64,000 nt of DNA from an uncultured Prevotellaceae bacterium (GCA_902783165.1 CACZPU010000008.1:3487-67486), one strand, 5' to 3'; counted from the stretch's first letter, positions 1 to 9,703 are shown. Translations and numbers: made by a program. Notes: generated by a model not told the origin, from the letters alone.

Positions 1-2
1 GA

Positions 3-728
3 AAGAAAGTATTTGTATGTGGACCAGCCTGTTTCTATGTCGCTCGCAGTTTGGAGCAGGTGAAGGTGGACATGGCCTATAGCCAGAATCCGGTGAAGAT
101 TCTTGGAGTGAGCGGCGGAGTTGCCTATGGCGCTCTTGGTGCCACCCACCACAGTTTGCACGACATTGCCGTGCTGCGCACCTTTCCTGGCATGACCGTC
201 TGTCTACCATCCGACTGGCGTATGACGAGAAAGCTGGTGAAATTCCTTGTTGATTTCAACAAGCCATGCTATGTGCGTGTTGGTCGTGCTGCTGTTCCAG
301 ATGTTTATGAGAACGATGATTTCGATTTCGAGTTGGGCAAAGCTATCCAGTTGTTGGATGGTAGCGACCTGACCATCGTTGCGGCAGGCGAAACTGTTTA
401 TCATGCTTGGCAGGCTGGTCTGCAGTTGAAAGAGAAGGGCATTTCTGCACGTGTGCTCGACTGCTCATGGATTAAGCCCTTTGATGAAGAAGCCATCCGC
501 AAGGCTGCCAGCGATACAGCCCGTATCATCACAGTTGAGGAGCACTCGCGTTTTGGCGGTCTGGGTGCCATGGTGTGTGAAACCATTTCCGAAAATCCCG
601 TTCCTGTTCGCATTATCGGTATACCCGACGAGAATGTGGTGCACGGTACCAATGCCGAAATATTCCACCACTATGGAATGGATGCTGAAGGAATTGTGAA
701 AGCAGCGCTAGATTTTGTTAAATCATAA
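3..728 (+). CDS. Transketolase C-terminal (pyrimidine-binding) subunit, 5' end outside window; AptB-like candidate
   Basis: Frame is open from position 3 (KKVFVCGPACFYVARSLEQVKVDMAYS). Motifs THHSLHD, YVRVGR and TVEEHSRFGGLG are typical of split transketolase beta subunits. Confidence 0.85.
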   Translation, partial: KKVFVCGPACFYVARSLEQVKVDMAYSQNPVKILGVSGGVAYGALGATHHSLHDIAVLRTFPGMTVCLPSDWRMTRKLVKFLVDFNKPCYVRVGRAAVPDVYENDDFDFELGKAIQLLDGSDLTIVAAGETVYHAWQAGLQLKEKGISARVLDCSWIKPFDEEAIRKAASDTARIITVEEHSRFGGLGAMVCETISENPVPVRIIGIPDENVVHGTNAEIFHHYGMDAEGIVKAALDFVKS

Positions 729-761
729 TTTGAAGAACCAGAAACCTGTTGCCATTGCAAG

Positions 762-2309
762 ATGAATCAGAGAATTATTGCCATTGACCAGAGTACATCG
801 TCGACCAAGGCATTGCTGTTCGACGAGCAGTGCCATATGATAGCCCGTACCAATGTGGATCATCAACAGTATTATCCGCAGACAGGTTGGGTGGAGCACG
901 ATGCAGAGGAGATTTATGAAAACATGGTGGAAGCTATTCGATTGCTTGTGAAGAAGTATATGGATTGTTGTCCACAAGGCAATGAATGCTCACCCAAACC
1001 GCAAGGCGACCCTGTTTCAGGGTTCTCAGCTTCCGACTCCCAGTTCAGTCTCTGTATCACCAACCAAAGAGAAACCGTTGTGGTGTGGAACAAGCTTACC
1101 GGCAAACCCATTGCACGTGCTGTGGTATGGCAGGACACTCGTGGTGGTGAACTCTGTCGCCAACTGCGCAGCGACGCCAAGACGGCTGACATGGTGATGA
1201 AAAAAAGCGGACTGCTCATCGATCCCAATTTTTCTGCATCGGGTGTGAAATGTCTGCTCGACCAGGTGGAGGGTGCTCGTGAGGCTGCTGCCCGTGGCGA
1301 ACTGCTGATGGGAACCATCGATACATGGCTTGTGTGGAAATTGACAGGCGGACGGGTGCATGCCACAGACTATACCAACGCCTCGCGTACCATGCTGTTC
1401 AATATCCACACCATGGATTGGGACGACGACCTGCTACAGCTGTTCGATATACCACGCTCGATGATGCCAGAGTTGAGGCCATGTGATGCCATCTATGGGG
1501 AGACAACCGTGGAGGGTGTATTTGAGAACCCCATACAGATAGCTGGTGTGTTGGGCGATTCGCACGGAGCCCTGGTAGGCCAGATGTGTTTCAAGCAGGG
1601 TTCTGGCAAGGTGACTTATGGCACAGGTTCCAGCGTCATGGTGAATATCGGTGAAGAGCCATTGCCAGCCCCAGAAGGACTGGTTACAAGTGTCGGTTTC
1701 TCCGCATTGGGCAGGACATGGTATGGCTATGAGGGGAATATCTACAGCACTGGCGCCACCTTGAAATGGATAGCCGACCAATTGCAACTGGTAGGACATC
1801 CCTCGGAAATGGAGGCTCTTGCAACGAGTGTCGACGACAATGGCGGCGTATATATCGTGCCGGCTTTCTCTGGGCTGGGAGCACCTTGGTGGCAAAGCAA
1901 TGTGAAGGGAGCTGTTTTTGGTCTTACGTTCGCTACCACGAAAGCCCATTTTCTGCGTGCTGCCTTGGAAAGCATTGCCTATCAGATAAAAGACCTTGTC
2001 GACGTTATGGCGCAAGCCACTGGTGGCAAGTTGAGTGAAATATGTGCTGACGGTGGTCCTACAAAGAACCGTTTCCTTATGCAGTTCCAGGCCGATATGC
2101 TCAACACACCTGTGGTGTGCACTGAGGTCGATGACGCTTCGGCTCTTGGTGCCGTTGTCATGAACGGTCTTGCCCGTGGTGTGTGGACAAGTTTCAACGA
2201 TGTTGTGGGATTCCGCAAGGTGACCCAAATTTATCGTCCACAAGCTTCGCCTTCTACCGTCCAGTTGTATGAAGGCTGGCGCCAGGCTGTGAGTCAGTTG
2301 ATCAAGTGA
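762..2309 (+). CDS. FGGY-family carbohydrate kinase (glycerol kinase-like)
   Basis: IDQSTSSTK, WVEHD, TNQRET, WQD, TDYTNASRT, GDSHGALVG, TYGTG and DGG motifs. Confidence 0.85.
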   Translation: MNQRIIAIDQSTSSTKALLFDEQCHMIARTNVDHQQYYPQTGWVEHDAEEIYENMVEAIRLLVKKYMDCCPQGNECSPKPQGDPVSGFSASDSQFSLCITNQRETVVVWNKLTGKPIARAVVWQDTRGGELCRQLRSDAKTADMVMKKSGLLIDPNFSASGVKCLLDQVEGAREAAARGELLMGTIDTWLVWKLTGGRVHATDYTNASRTMLFNIHTMDWDDDLLQLFDIPRSMMPELRPCDAIYGETTVEGVFENPIQIAGVLGDSHGALVGQMCFKQGSGKVTYGTGSSVMVNIGEEPLPAPEGLVTSVGFSALGRTWYGYEGNIYSTGATLKWIADQLQLVGHPSEMEALATSVDDNGGVYIVPAFSGLGAPWWQSNVKGAVFGLTFATTKAHFLRAALESIAYQIKDLVDVMAQATGGKLSEICADGGPTKNRFLMQFQADMLNTPVVCTEVDDASALGAVVMNGLARGVWTSFNDVVGFRKVTQIYRPQASPSTVQLYEGWRQAVSQLIK

Positions 2310-2369
2310 TGCGACGATGATAGAACAAAGAACCATTTTTGAATCAAATAACAATCAAACATAAACATT

Positions 2370-3794
2370 ATGAAGAACGGAAAGACTTGCTTCGGGGTCA
2401 TCATCGGCACCCGTGCCTATTTTAATTCAGAACTTGCACGCGATGTTCGCAAACAACTTCTGAAAGTTATTGAGGAACAAGGTTATGAATACGTAATCCT
2501 TCCTGAAGATGCCACACCAACAGGAAGCAGTTCGATTGAAACGCTGGAAGACGGTGTGCTCTGTTCAGAGCTTTTCCGCCAGCACCGAGATGAGATAGAT
2601 GGTATCATTGTCAGTCTGCCAAACTTTGGTTTCGAGATAGGTATCATTAATGCTATCAGCCGTGCAGAACTGAATGTGCCTATTCTGGTTCAAGCATGTG
2701 ACGACGAGAACGACAAAGTGGATTTGGACAGCCGTCGTGATGCTTTCTGTGGAAAGATATCTGTTTGCAATAACCTCTATCAATATGGCATCCCATTCAC
2801 CGACACCACATTGCACACCTATTCTATATATAGCGATACACTGGTGCAGGACATCAACAAGTTCGCCGCTGTTTGTTGCGTGGTGAACACCTTGCGTCAC
2901 TGCCGTATTGGCCAAATAGGAACCCGTCCGTTAGGTTTCAACACTTGTCGTGCCAGCGAGAAACTCTTGCAACGTAGCGGCATCACTGTTGTGCCTGCAG
3001 ACCTCTCGGAATTGCTTTTTGCTGCAGATAAGATTGCCGACGACGATCCTGCTCTGCTGAAAAAGATGGAGGATGTGCGTGGTTATGCAAGAGTGCCAGA
3101 GGCTTATGAAGAAAAGTTGAAGACACAGGCCAAGTTTGGCGTGGCTGTGGAAAACTGGGTGAAAGTGAACAAGGTGGATGCTGTTGCTCTTCAGTGTTGG
3201 GACTCTCTGGAAGTGAACTACGGCTGTGCTCCTTGCATCACCATGGCCATGTTGGGCGATATGGGCATTCCTTGTGCTTGCGAGACCGACATAGCCGGAG
3301 CCGTTTCAATGCTGGCATTGCATCTTGCCTCTGGTAAGGCTTCCGCTTTGGCAGACTGGAACAACAACTTTGCCGAAGACCGCAACAAGTGTGTCTGCAC
3401 ACATTGTGGTAATTTCCCCAAGTCGTTTGTGGGTAACAACGATGTGAAACTTGGTCCGTTGGGTGTACTGGGACGTACACTTGGCAAGGTACGCACATTT
3501 GGAGCTGTCTATGCTAAGGTATCAGAGGGCGACTTCACCTTCTTCCGTATTTCCACCGACGATCCGCGTGGTTGTATCAAAGCCTATCTTGGCGAAGGCA
3601 ATATCACCAATGAGCCTTACGGAATGGATGGTTGCATTGCCGTGACCAAGGTGGACAACCTCCAGAAGCTGATGAAATTTATCTGCAAGAACGGATTCGA
3701 GCACCATGTGGCATTGGTACGCAGCCATGTGGCAGAGATTGTTCGCGAGGCCATAGAGACCTATCTCGGTTGGGAACTTTATGTTCACGAGTAG
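2370..3794 (+). CDS. L-fucose/L-arabinose isomerase family sugar isomerase
   Basis: 474 aa ORF with LPNFGFE, RRDAFCGK, CETD, DWNN, HCGN and C-terminal FEHH, recognised as the fucose-isomerase-related family. Confidence 0.75.
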   Translation: MKNGKTCFGVIIGTRAYFNSELARDVRKQLLKVIEEQGYEYVILPEDATPTGSSSIETLEDGVLCSELFRQHRDEIDGIIVSLPNFGFEIGIINAISRAELNVPILVQACDDENDKVDLDSRRDAFCGKISVCNNLYQYGIPFTDTTLHTYSIYSDTLVQDINKFAAVCCVVNTLRHCRIGQIGTRPLGFNTCRASEKLLQRSGITVVPADLSELLFAADKIADDDPALLKKMEDVRGYARVPEAYEEKLKTQAKFGVAVENWVKVNKVDAVALQCWDSLEVNYGCAPCITMAMLGDMGIPCACETDIAGAVSMLALHLASGKASALADWNNNFAEDRNKCVCTHCGNFPKSFVGNNDVKLGPLGVLGRTLGKVRTFGAVYAKVSEGDFTFFRISTDDPRGCIKAYLGEGNITNEPYGMDGCIAVTKVDNLQKLMKFICKNGFEHHVALVRSHVAEIVREAIETYLGWELYVHE

Positions 3795-3820
3795 TGGCTT
3801 GTAGTGAGAAATAAAATGCA

Positions 3821-3853
3821 AAAAGTCTCGACTCATGGAGCCGAGACTTTTTT
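3821..3853 (+). terminator. Rho-independent terminator of the sugar operon
   Basis: AAAAGTCTCG (3821-3830) pairs with CGAGACTTTT (3842-3851), followed by a T run. Confidence 0.8.
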
Positions 3854-4009
3854 GTTTCTTGTTGTTTTTCCTTTTCCTTAACTCCCAATCGGTCATTGGC
3901 CCGACAATAATTGTTTCGCTTATCGAGTCTGTTCTGACACTATTGACTGCTTTGGGTTAAACAAAACTAAAAATCTTTGCCTGTTGGTCGGCTTATTATA
4001 ATTATTGTG

Positions 4010-4017
4010 TATATTTG
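4010..4017 (+). promoter_or_regulatory. Bacteroidota -7 promoter box
   Basis: TATATTTG matches TAnnTTTG, about 80 nt upstream of the 4099 ATG. Confidence 0.6.
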
Positions 4018-4098
4018 CGAATGAAATAGCCATGCAAATGGAAACTGTTTCATCTAACACACAAAAAAACTAATGTAAAAACTACTAAAACTACCAAA

Positions 4099-5316
4099 AT
4101 GAGAAAATTTTCAATTGTTTTGTTGTTGCTGATGTCGATGGTAACAGCATTTGCCCAAAACCCGAACCCCAAGAAAGATTACATCAAACTGGCTAATTAC
4201 GATGAGAGTAAGATACCCAACTACACACTGCCCGATGTGATGGTGTGCAACGACGGAACACGTGTCACCTCCAAGAATGAGTGGGAGAAGAAACGCCGAC
4301 CGGAAGTGCTGGCCATGCTGACGGAGTATATGTATGGCAAGATGCCTGTTGTAAAGAAACGGCTGCCTGCCACGGTGACAACCACGGAGAATGTTACTAT
4401 TGGTGGCATTTCGGCTGTAAGAAAGCTAATAGATATGTCGCTGAGTACCAAAGCCAATGCTACCCATGTGGAAGTTCAGCTCTATTTGCCTGCTGGCAGT
4501 CTGCAAAAGAAAACACCTGTGTTCGTAGGTATGTGCTTTGGCAAGAACGAGGTGGTGACAGGTAGACAGAAAGACACTTGGCAGCTGGAACGTATCTTGA
4601 GTCATGGCTATGGACTGGCCACTTTCTGCTATACCGATGTGGCACCAGACAAAATACTTGATGTGGTGACAGGTGTGCAGACCGACTACTACCAGCCAGG
4701 ACAGAGATATCCCATGCCAGATGAATGGGGAAGCATTGCCGCGTGGGCATGGACAGCCAGCCGTGTGGTAGACTATCTGGAGACCGACAAGCAGGTGGAT
4801 GCCAGCCGTGTGGCGGTGATTGGCCATTCTCGTCTGGGCAAGGCTGCTCTGTGGGCAGGTGCTACAGACAAACGTTTCGCGCTCACCATCCCTGTGAACA
4901 GTGGTTGTTGCGGTGCTGCTCTCTCTAATAGGAAGATTGGCGAAACAGTGGAATGTGTGAACGACCACTTCCCCTATTGGTTCAATGGCAATTTCCTGCA
5001 GTTCGGCAACCGCGAACAACGCATGCCCTTCGATCAGCACTTTGCTGTTGCCTTGTGTGCCCCACGTGCTGTATATATCGCCTCTGCCAGTGAGGATAAT
5101 TGGGCTGACCAACGCGGAGAGTTCCTTGGTGGATGGCACGCTAATCCTGTTTATGCGCTTTATGGAATGAAGGGAGTGGCAGCCGACCAATTGCCTGCCA
5201 TCGACCAACCAGTGACTGCAGGGCAGGTGGCTTATCATATCCGTACAGGCCGCCATGCAGTGTTGGCATTTGACTGGGAGCATTTCTTGATATATGCAGA
5301 TAAGGTGTTCAAATAA
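4099..5316 (+). CDS. Secreted CE15-like (glucuronoyl esterase family) alpha/beta hydrolase
   Basis: Signal peptide ending TAFA-Q, nucleophile elbow GHSRLGK, WGSIAAWAW, and EDNWAD and GRH motifs. Confidence 0.8.
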   Translation: MRKFSIVLLLLMSMVTAFAQNPNPKKDYIKLANYDESKIPNYTLPDVMVCNDGTRVTSKNEWEKKRRPEVLAMLTEYMYGKMPVVKKRLPATVTTTENVTIGGISAVRKLIDMSLSTKANATHVEVQLYLPAGSLQKKTPVFVGMCFGKNEVVTGRQKDTWQLERILSHGYGLATFCYTDVAPDKILDVVTGVQTDYYQPGQRYPMPDEWGSIAAWAWTASRVVDYLETDKQVDASRVAVIGHSRLGKAALWAGATDKRFALTIPVNSGCCGAALSNRKIGETVECVNDHFPYWFNGNFLQFGNREQRMPFDQHFAVALCAPRAVYIASASEDNWADQRGEFLGGWHANPVYALYGMKGVAADQLPAIDQPVTAGQVAYHIRTGRHAVLAFDWEHFLIYADKVFK

Positions 5317-5366
5317 TCTTCTTGATGACATTTTCTTGTAAGTATCATTTGCATTGACACACCTCT

Positions 5367-5374
5367 TATTTTTG
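5367..5374 (+). promoter_or_regulatory. Bacteroidota -7 promoter box
   Basis: TATTTTTG upstream of the GH28 ATG at 5409. Confidence 0.55.
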
Positions 5375-5408
5375 CATCAGAATAAACAACTTTTGCAATC
5401 GATATTAT

Positions 5409-6968
5409 ATGAATAAGAAGACAATGATTACGATGCTGGCTGTGTTAGTGATGGGATGCCAGCAAATCAGCGCACAGTCAAGACTTACGCGCGAACAAGT
5501 GGGAGCTGCATGCATGCCGGCTGAAGTGGTGCCAATAGAGGCTCCGTTTGATATGCCTCAGCTGAAACGAAATGTTTTTCCTGACCTTACTGTAACAGTG
5601 AAACTGAAGAAGGCAGATAAGAAAGGGCTGATTACCGAGAAAGTGCAGGCTGCCATCGACGACGTAAACGCTAAGGGCGGCGGCACAGTGATTATTCCCC
5701 AGGGAGAATGGAACACGGGGCGCATCATCCTAAAGAGTAATGTAAACTTGCATATTCCTGAAGGTGTCACCCTGAATTTCAGTAGTGAGGTGAAAGACTA
5801 TTTGCCAGTGATGTTCACTCGTAGCGCAGGAATAGAGGGAATGTCGGTGGGCGCACTCATTTATGCATACGAGCAGGACAATATCGCCATCACGGGCAGA
5901 GGGCTTTTGGTAGGTCCTCCTATGGATGCTCCTCTTCGCAAAGCCTCTGTGAATTATGGAAACTATGACAGGAATTTTGACTATTCTGTTCCGCCAACAC
6001 AGCGCTTTTACGATGGTGTTGACCGTGGCGGAAAAATCTTCGCTCCGACATTCATCGGACCTGTTCGTTGCACAAATGTGTTGATAGAGGGGGTGTCATT
6101 ATTGCGTTCGCCATTCTGGAACGTAGTGCCCACCTATTGTGAGAATGTGATTATACGTGGTGTGAATGTTGAGTCGGAAGAACCTTGGCATATAGATTGC
6201 GGCGACGGCATGGATATTGAGTCGTGCAAGAATATTCTGATAGAATACTGTACGGTGAATACAGGCGACGATGGATTTACCATCAAGTCTGGACGTGGTG
6301 AAGACGGTTTGCGTGTGAACAAGCCAACGGAGAATTTGGTGATTCGCTACTGTTTGGCCAAGAAATGTCATGGTGGTGTGACTTGTGGCAGTGAAACCGC
6401 TGGTATGATTCGCGATGTATATGTGCACGATTGTGTGTTCGATGGTTCAAGTGTGGGTATTCGTTTCAAGACCCGCAGGCCGCGTGGTGGTGGCGGTGAG
6501 AATTTGTATTACGAACGCATCACGATGAACAATGTGGGCAGTGCCATTAAGTTCGACATGCTGGGAGCAGCCATTTATGTGGGCAATGCTTCTCAACGAG
6601 TATTAATGCCTCACAATCAGTTCACACCCGTCTATCGAAACATCAAAATTCGTGATCTTGACATCAACAATGCCAACTACTTCTTGAATGTCATTGGCAT
6701 CCCCGAGTCTCCGGCTATGAATGTGCAGATTCAGAATGCGAAGTCATCGTCCAAGCGACTTATGGCCTTGCATGATATAAATAATCTGTTAGTGGAGAAC
6801 TGCCAGTTGAAGTCGGAGGAGAACGTCATAGACATTCTCGACGGCAGGAATATGACATTCCGCAACATCTCGTTCATCACTCCCAATGGGAAAGTAGAGG
6901 TGAAGAAGGATGGTAGCTTGGTGGAGAACAATCATTTTGAGAATTGTTCACCAAAGATAACGGAATAA
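5409..6968 (+). CDS. Glycoside hydrolase family 28 (polygalacturonase-like), secreted
   Basis: GDGMD, TGDD, IKSG, CHGG and RFK motifs, a beta-helix-like pattern and an N-terminal signal peptide. Confidence 0.88.
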   Translation: MNKKTMITMLAVLVMGCQQISAQSRLTREQVGAACMPAEVVPIEAPFDMPQLKRNVFPDLTVTVKLKKADKKGLITEKVQAAIDDVNAKGGGTVIIPQGEWNTGRIILKSNVNLHIPEGVTLNFSSEVKDYLPVMFTRSAGIEGMSVGALIYAYEQDNIAITGRGLLVGPPMDAPLRKASVNYGNYDRNFDYSVPPTQRFYDGVDRGGKIFAPTFIGPVRCTNVLIEGVSLLRSPFWNVVPTYCENVIIRGVNVESEEPWHIDCGDGMDIESCKNILIEYCTVNTGDDGFTIKSGRGEDGLRVNKPTENLVIRYCLAKKCHGGVTCGSETAGMIRDVYVHDCVFDGSSVGIRFKTRRPRGGGGENLYYERITMNNVGSAIKFDMLGAAIYVGNASQRVLMPHNQFTPVYRNIKIRDLDINNANYFLNVIGIPESPAMNVQIQNAKSSSKRLMALHDINNLLVENCQLKSEENVIDILDGRNMTFRNISFITPNGKVEVKKDGSLVENNHFENCSPKITE

Positions 6969-7022
6969 GGTTTTATTCGTGAAATCACGGCAAACGATTG
7001 TTGTGTCCAAGTAGGAGCATAC

Positions 7023-7098
7023 AAGACTGTGCCATTATAACCATCAGAAATGTACATACAACGCGTACATGTTCTAAACGGTATAATGGCACAGTCTT
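7023..7098. terminator. Long hairpin between convergent genes; likely bidirectional terminator
   Basis: AAGACTGTGCCATTATA (7023-7039) is the exact reverse complement of 7082-7098. Inner helices are AGAA/TTCT and ATGTAC/GTACAT. Confidence 0.7.
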
Positions 7099-7102
7099 TT
7101 TA

Positions 7103-8467
7103 TTATAGTGCTATTCCTTTCAGGGTGGCGCTGCTGCTTTCGGTGATTCGCACTCGAACAGTCTCGCCGATGTGATGATTGCCTTTATCGAATATCACTG
7201 CTTTGTTTTGCTGGTTGCGTCCCATGAGCTGTTGGCGTGAGCGCTTGCTGTAACCTTCTACCAAGACATCAAATTCTTTGTTGATGTCTGCCGCATTCTG
7301 CTGGGCCGAAATGGTTGTCTGCAATGCAATCAGTTCGTTGAGTCGCCTTATCTTTTCTTGTTCAGGAACATTGTCGACTAGATGCTTGGCAGCATAGGTG
7401 CCTGGCCTTTCTGAGTATTTGAACATGAAGGCAGAGTCGAATTTCACTTCGCGCACGAGTGAGAGCGTTTGTTGGAAATCGTCTTCGGTCTCGTCGCAAT
7501 AGCCAACGAAGATGTCGGTGGTCAGTCCGCAGTCGGGAATAATGCGTCGGATGGCCTCTACTTTTTGCAGATAGTCCTCACGAGTGTATTTGCGATTCAT
7601 GAGTTTTAGGGTGTGATTGCTTCCGCTCTGTGCGGGGAAGTGGATGTGGTGGCACAGATTGGATTCTTCGGCAATGGCATGAAGTATATCTTCGCTCATG
7701 TCTTCGGGATTGGAGGTAGTGAACCGAACGCGCATCTGGGGCACCTCTTTAGCCACCGTGCGCAGCAGTTGGGCGAAGCTGGTTCCGTCTGGCATGGGTT
7801 TTCCCGAAGGAGAAAGTCCGTAGCTGTTGACGTTTTGTCCAAGAAGAGTTACTTCCTTGAATCCGCGTTGTTGCAGGTCGCGCACTTCGCGCAGGATACT
7901 TTCCACGTCTCTCGACCTCTCTCTTCCACGTGTAAATGGCACGATGCAGTAGTGGCAGAAGTTGTTGCAACCTCGCATGATGCTTACAAAACCGCTTATT
8001 TTGGCCGTGTGTAGCCGTTGTGGAATGATGTCGCGATAAGTCTCTGTGGTAGACAGTTCAATGTTGATGGCTTTGTTTCCGGCTTCGCATTGTGCGATGA
8101 GGTCGGGAAGCGACAAATAGGCATCGGGTCCTGCCACCAAGTCGGCATGATGGTTTTGCAGCAAATCCTCTTTCACACGTTCTGCCATGCACCCTAGAAC
8201 ACCAATAATCAGTTTGTTTGGCGATTTGGACGAAGGCGTTGCCGAGTTGGAATTTCTCTTGTTTCTCAATGCATTCACTTCTTCCAGCCGATGGTATATC
8301 TTTTGCTCGGCATTATCGCGAACCGAACAAGTGTTCAGAAATACGGCATCAGCTTCATCGATAGTGTTGCAAACCTCATAGCCAGCCATTTGCATTACCG
8401 AGGCCACCACTTCCGAATCGGCAACGTTCATCTGGCAGCCGTATGTTTCTATATACAGTTTCTTCAT
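7103..8467 (-). CDS. miaB: tRNA-2-methylthio-N6-dimethylallyladenosine synthase
   Basis: ETYGCQMN, NTCSVR, GCMAE, radical SAM motif GCNNFCHYC and a C-terminal TRAM domain. Confidence 0.95.
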   Translation of the reverse strand: MKKLYIETYGCQMNVADSEVVASVMQMAGYEVCNTIDEADAVFLNTCSVRDNAEQKIYHRLEEVNALRNKRNSNSATPSSKSPNKLIIGVLGCMAERVKEDLLQNHHADLVAGPDAYLSLPDLIAQCEAGNKAINIELSTTETYRDIIPQRLHTAKISGFVSIMRGCNNFCHYCIVPFTRGRERSRDVESILREVRDLQQRGFKEVTLLGQNVNSYGLSPSGKPMPDGTSFAQLLRTVAKEVPQMRVRFTTSNPEDMSEDILHAIAEESNLCHHIHFPAQSGSNHTLKLMNRKYTREDYLQKVEAIRRIIPDCGLTTDIFVGYCDETEDDFQQTLSLVREVKFDSAFMFKYSERPGTYAAKHLVDNVPEQEKIRRLNELIALQTTISAQQNAADINKEFDVLVEGYSKRSRQQLMGRNQQNKAVIFDKGNHHIGETVRVRITESSSATLKGIAL

Positions 8468-8476
8468 TCGTTATGT

Positions 8477-9703
8477 TCACTTAATCATTTCTTTAGCTTC
8501 TTCTGTTAGGAAAGGAAGCAGTTCATCGAAGCTGAGGATGAACGACGGCATGCCTATGGCATAAGCGGCAATCTCGTATTGCTGGTAACAGAACAACATA
8601 CCGTTTTTCTCTAAAGTGGGAGGATTCTGCGGTAGAGGCAGATTTTCGATGCCACCTTCGATGATAAGGTTGTCTTTTAATTGTTCGTCGGTTACAACTT
8701 CCTCACCTGCTTCTTTGAAATAGTCTTTCAATCCTTTTTTGATAAGGTTTCGGAATTGGGGAGATGCGGTATTCTTCAACATGTTCCATCCCATCCTCTT
8801 GCCGTTGCTTTTGCGGAATGTAGTGCCAATGGCGATGGCTCCTCCGTGGGCTCCGCCTTGGAACTCCTCATATTTGGAGTGCATGGTGAGATAGTCGTTC
8901 CCCTCAGCGATTTTCGTGATTTGATAATCGTAGTAGAAAGGAGGTATCTCGCTTCTGTCGACCAGCATTTCTTCGCGCGATTCCTTCATGGTGGCGTAAC
9001 CCTTGTCTACAGCCGCCTTCAGCAGAGCGTCTTTGTTGTTGGCCAGTTTAGCATCGACACCGAGCACCTCGGCAATGTATTTGCGCAGAGAGTCTACCAG
9101 TACTGCATTGCCGCTGACTGGATACTCCACATGTATCTTCACTTCTGCAGTCGTGTCGCTCTGCTCTTTGCCAATGGAATCAAATACCAGTTCTTCTGTA
9201 TTCAGATAGCTCTTCATGCTCTCTTTCCAGTTGAAGTCGTTGTTGGTGTCCACAAAATTGTCTATTTTCCATTCGTTGTCTTCTTCAACCATGCTGAGGC
9301 GCACTATGGTTGTTGTGCCGCAGTTGTGCAGATTGAGTGAAACAGTGGCAGTGTCGCTCGAAATGTTCTCAACGATGATGTTGTCGGCACTCACATTCTG
9401 GAAATCTTGCCCCATCACCCAGTGATCGGCCTCGAAAAACCCGACACCATCTATATTGGCATCCTTTTTATAAATATCGCTCACCAGTTTGTTCCATTCT
9501 TTGGAACAGTACAGACTGTCGAGTTGACGGGCAACATCAGATTGTGGAGAAGCATTGTAGCGCGAGGCCATATCGTTGTAGATGTCAGTAACCCTGTTTA
9601 CAATCACATCATCGTTCATGAGCTTCTTGTTGTTGCAACCGGTAAAAATGAAAGCAATGCAGCCAATGGTCATTATCCAAAGCAATGTAAAAGTCTTTTT
9701 CAT
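8477..9703 (-). CDS. Lipoprotein with DUF3828-like N-terminal domain and DUF4163/DUF3298 (RsiV/PdaC-like) C-terminal domain
   Basis: Lipobox IFTGC. EADHWVMGQD and WKIDNF in the N half; GGAHG and YQQYEIAAYAIG in the C half. Confidence 0.65.
   Translation of the reverse strand: MKKTFTLLWIMTIGCIAFIFTGCNNKKLMNDDVIVNRVTDIYNDMASRYNASPQSDVARQLDSLYCSKEWNKLVSDIYKKDANIDGVGFFEADHWVMGQDFQNVSADNIIVENISSDTATVSLNLHNCGTTTIVRLSMVEEDNEWKIDNFVDTNNDFNWKESMKSYLNTEELVFDSIGKEQSDTTAEVKIHVEYPVSGNAVLVDSLRKYIAEVLGVDAKLANNKDALLKAAVDKGYATMKESREEMLVDRSEIPPFYYDYQITKIAEGNDYLTMHSKYEEFQGGAHGGAIAIGTTFRKSNGKRMGWNMLKNTASPQFRNLIKKGLKDYFKEAGEEVVTDEQLKDNLIIEGGIENLPLPQNPPTLEKNGMLFCYQQYEIAAYAIGMPSFILSFDELLPFLTEEAKEMIK

Noticed and set aside
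4060-4098. AAAACTA repeats before the CE15 start
   Set aside because: An ordinary A-rich Bacteroidota translation initiation region.
7087-7104. TGGCAC as a sigma-54 -24 element (also 14127 and 62229)
   Set aside because: No TTGC at the -12 position, and the sites are in terminator or coding contexts.
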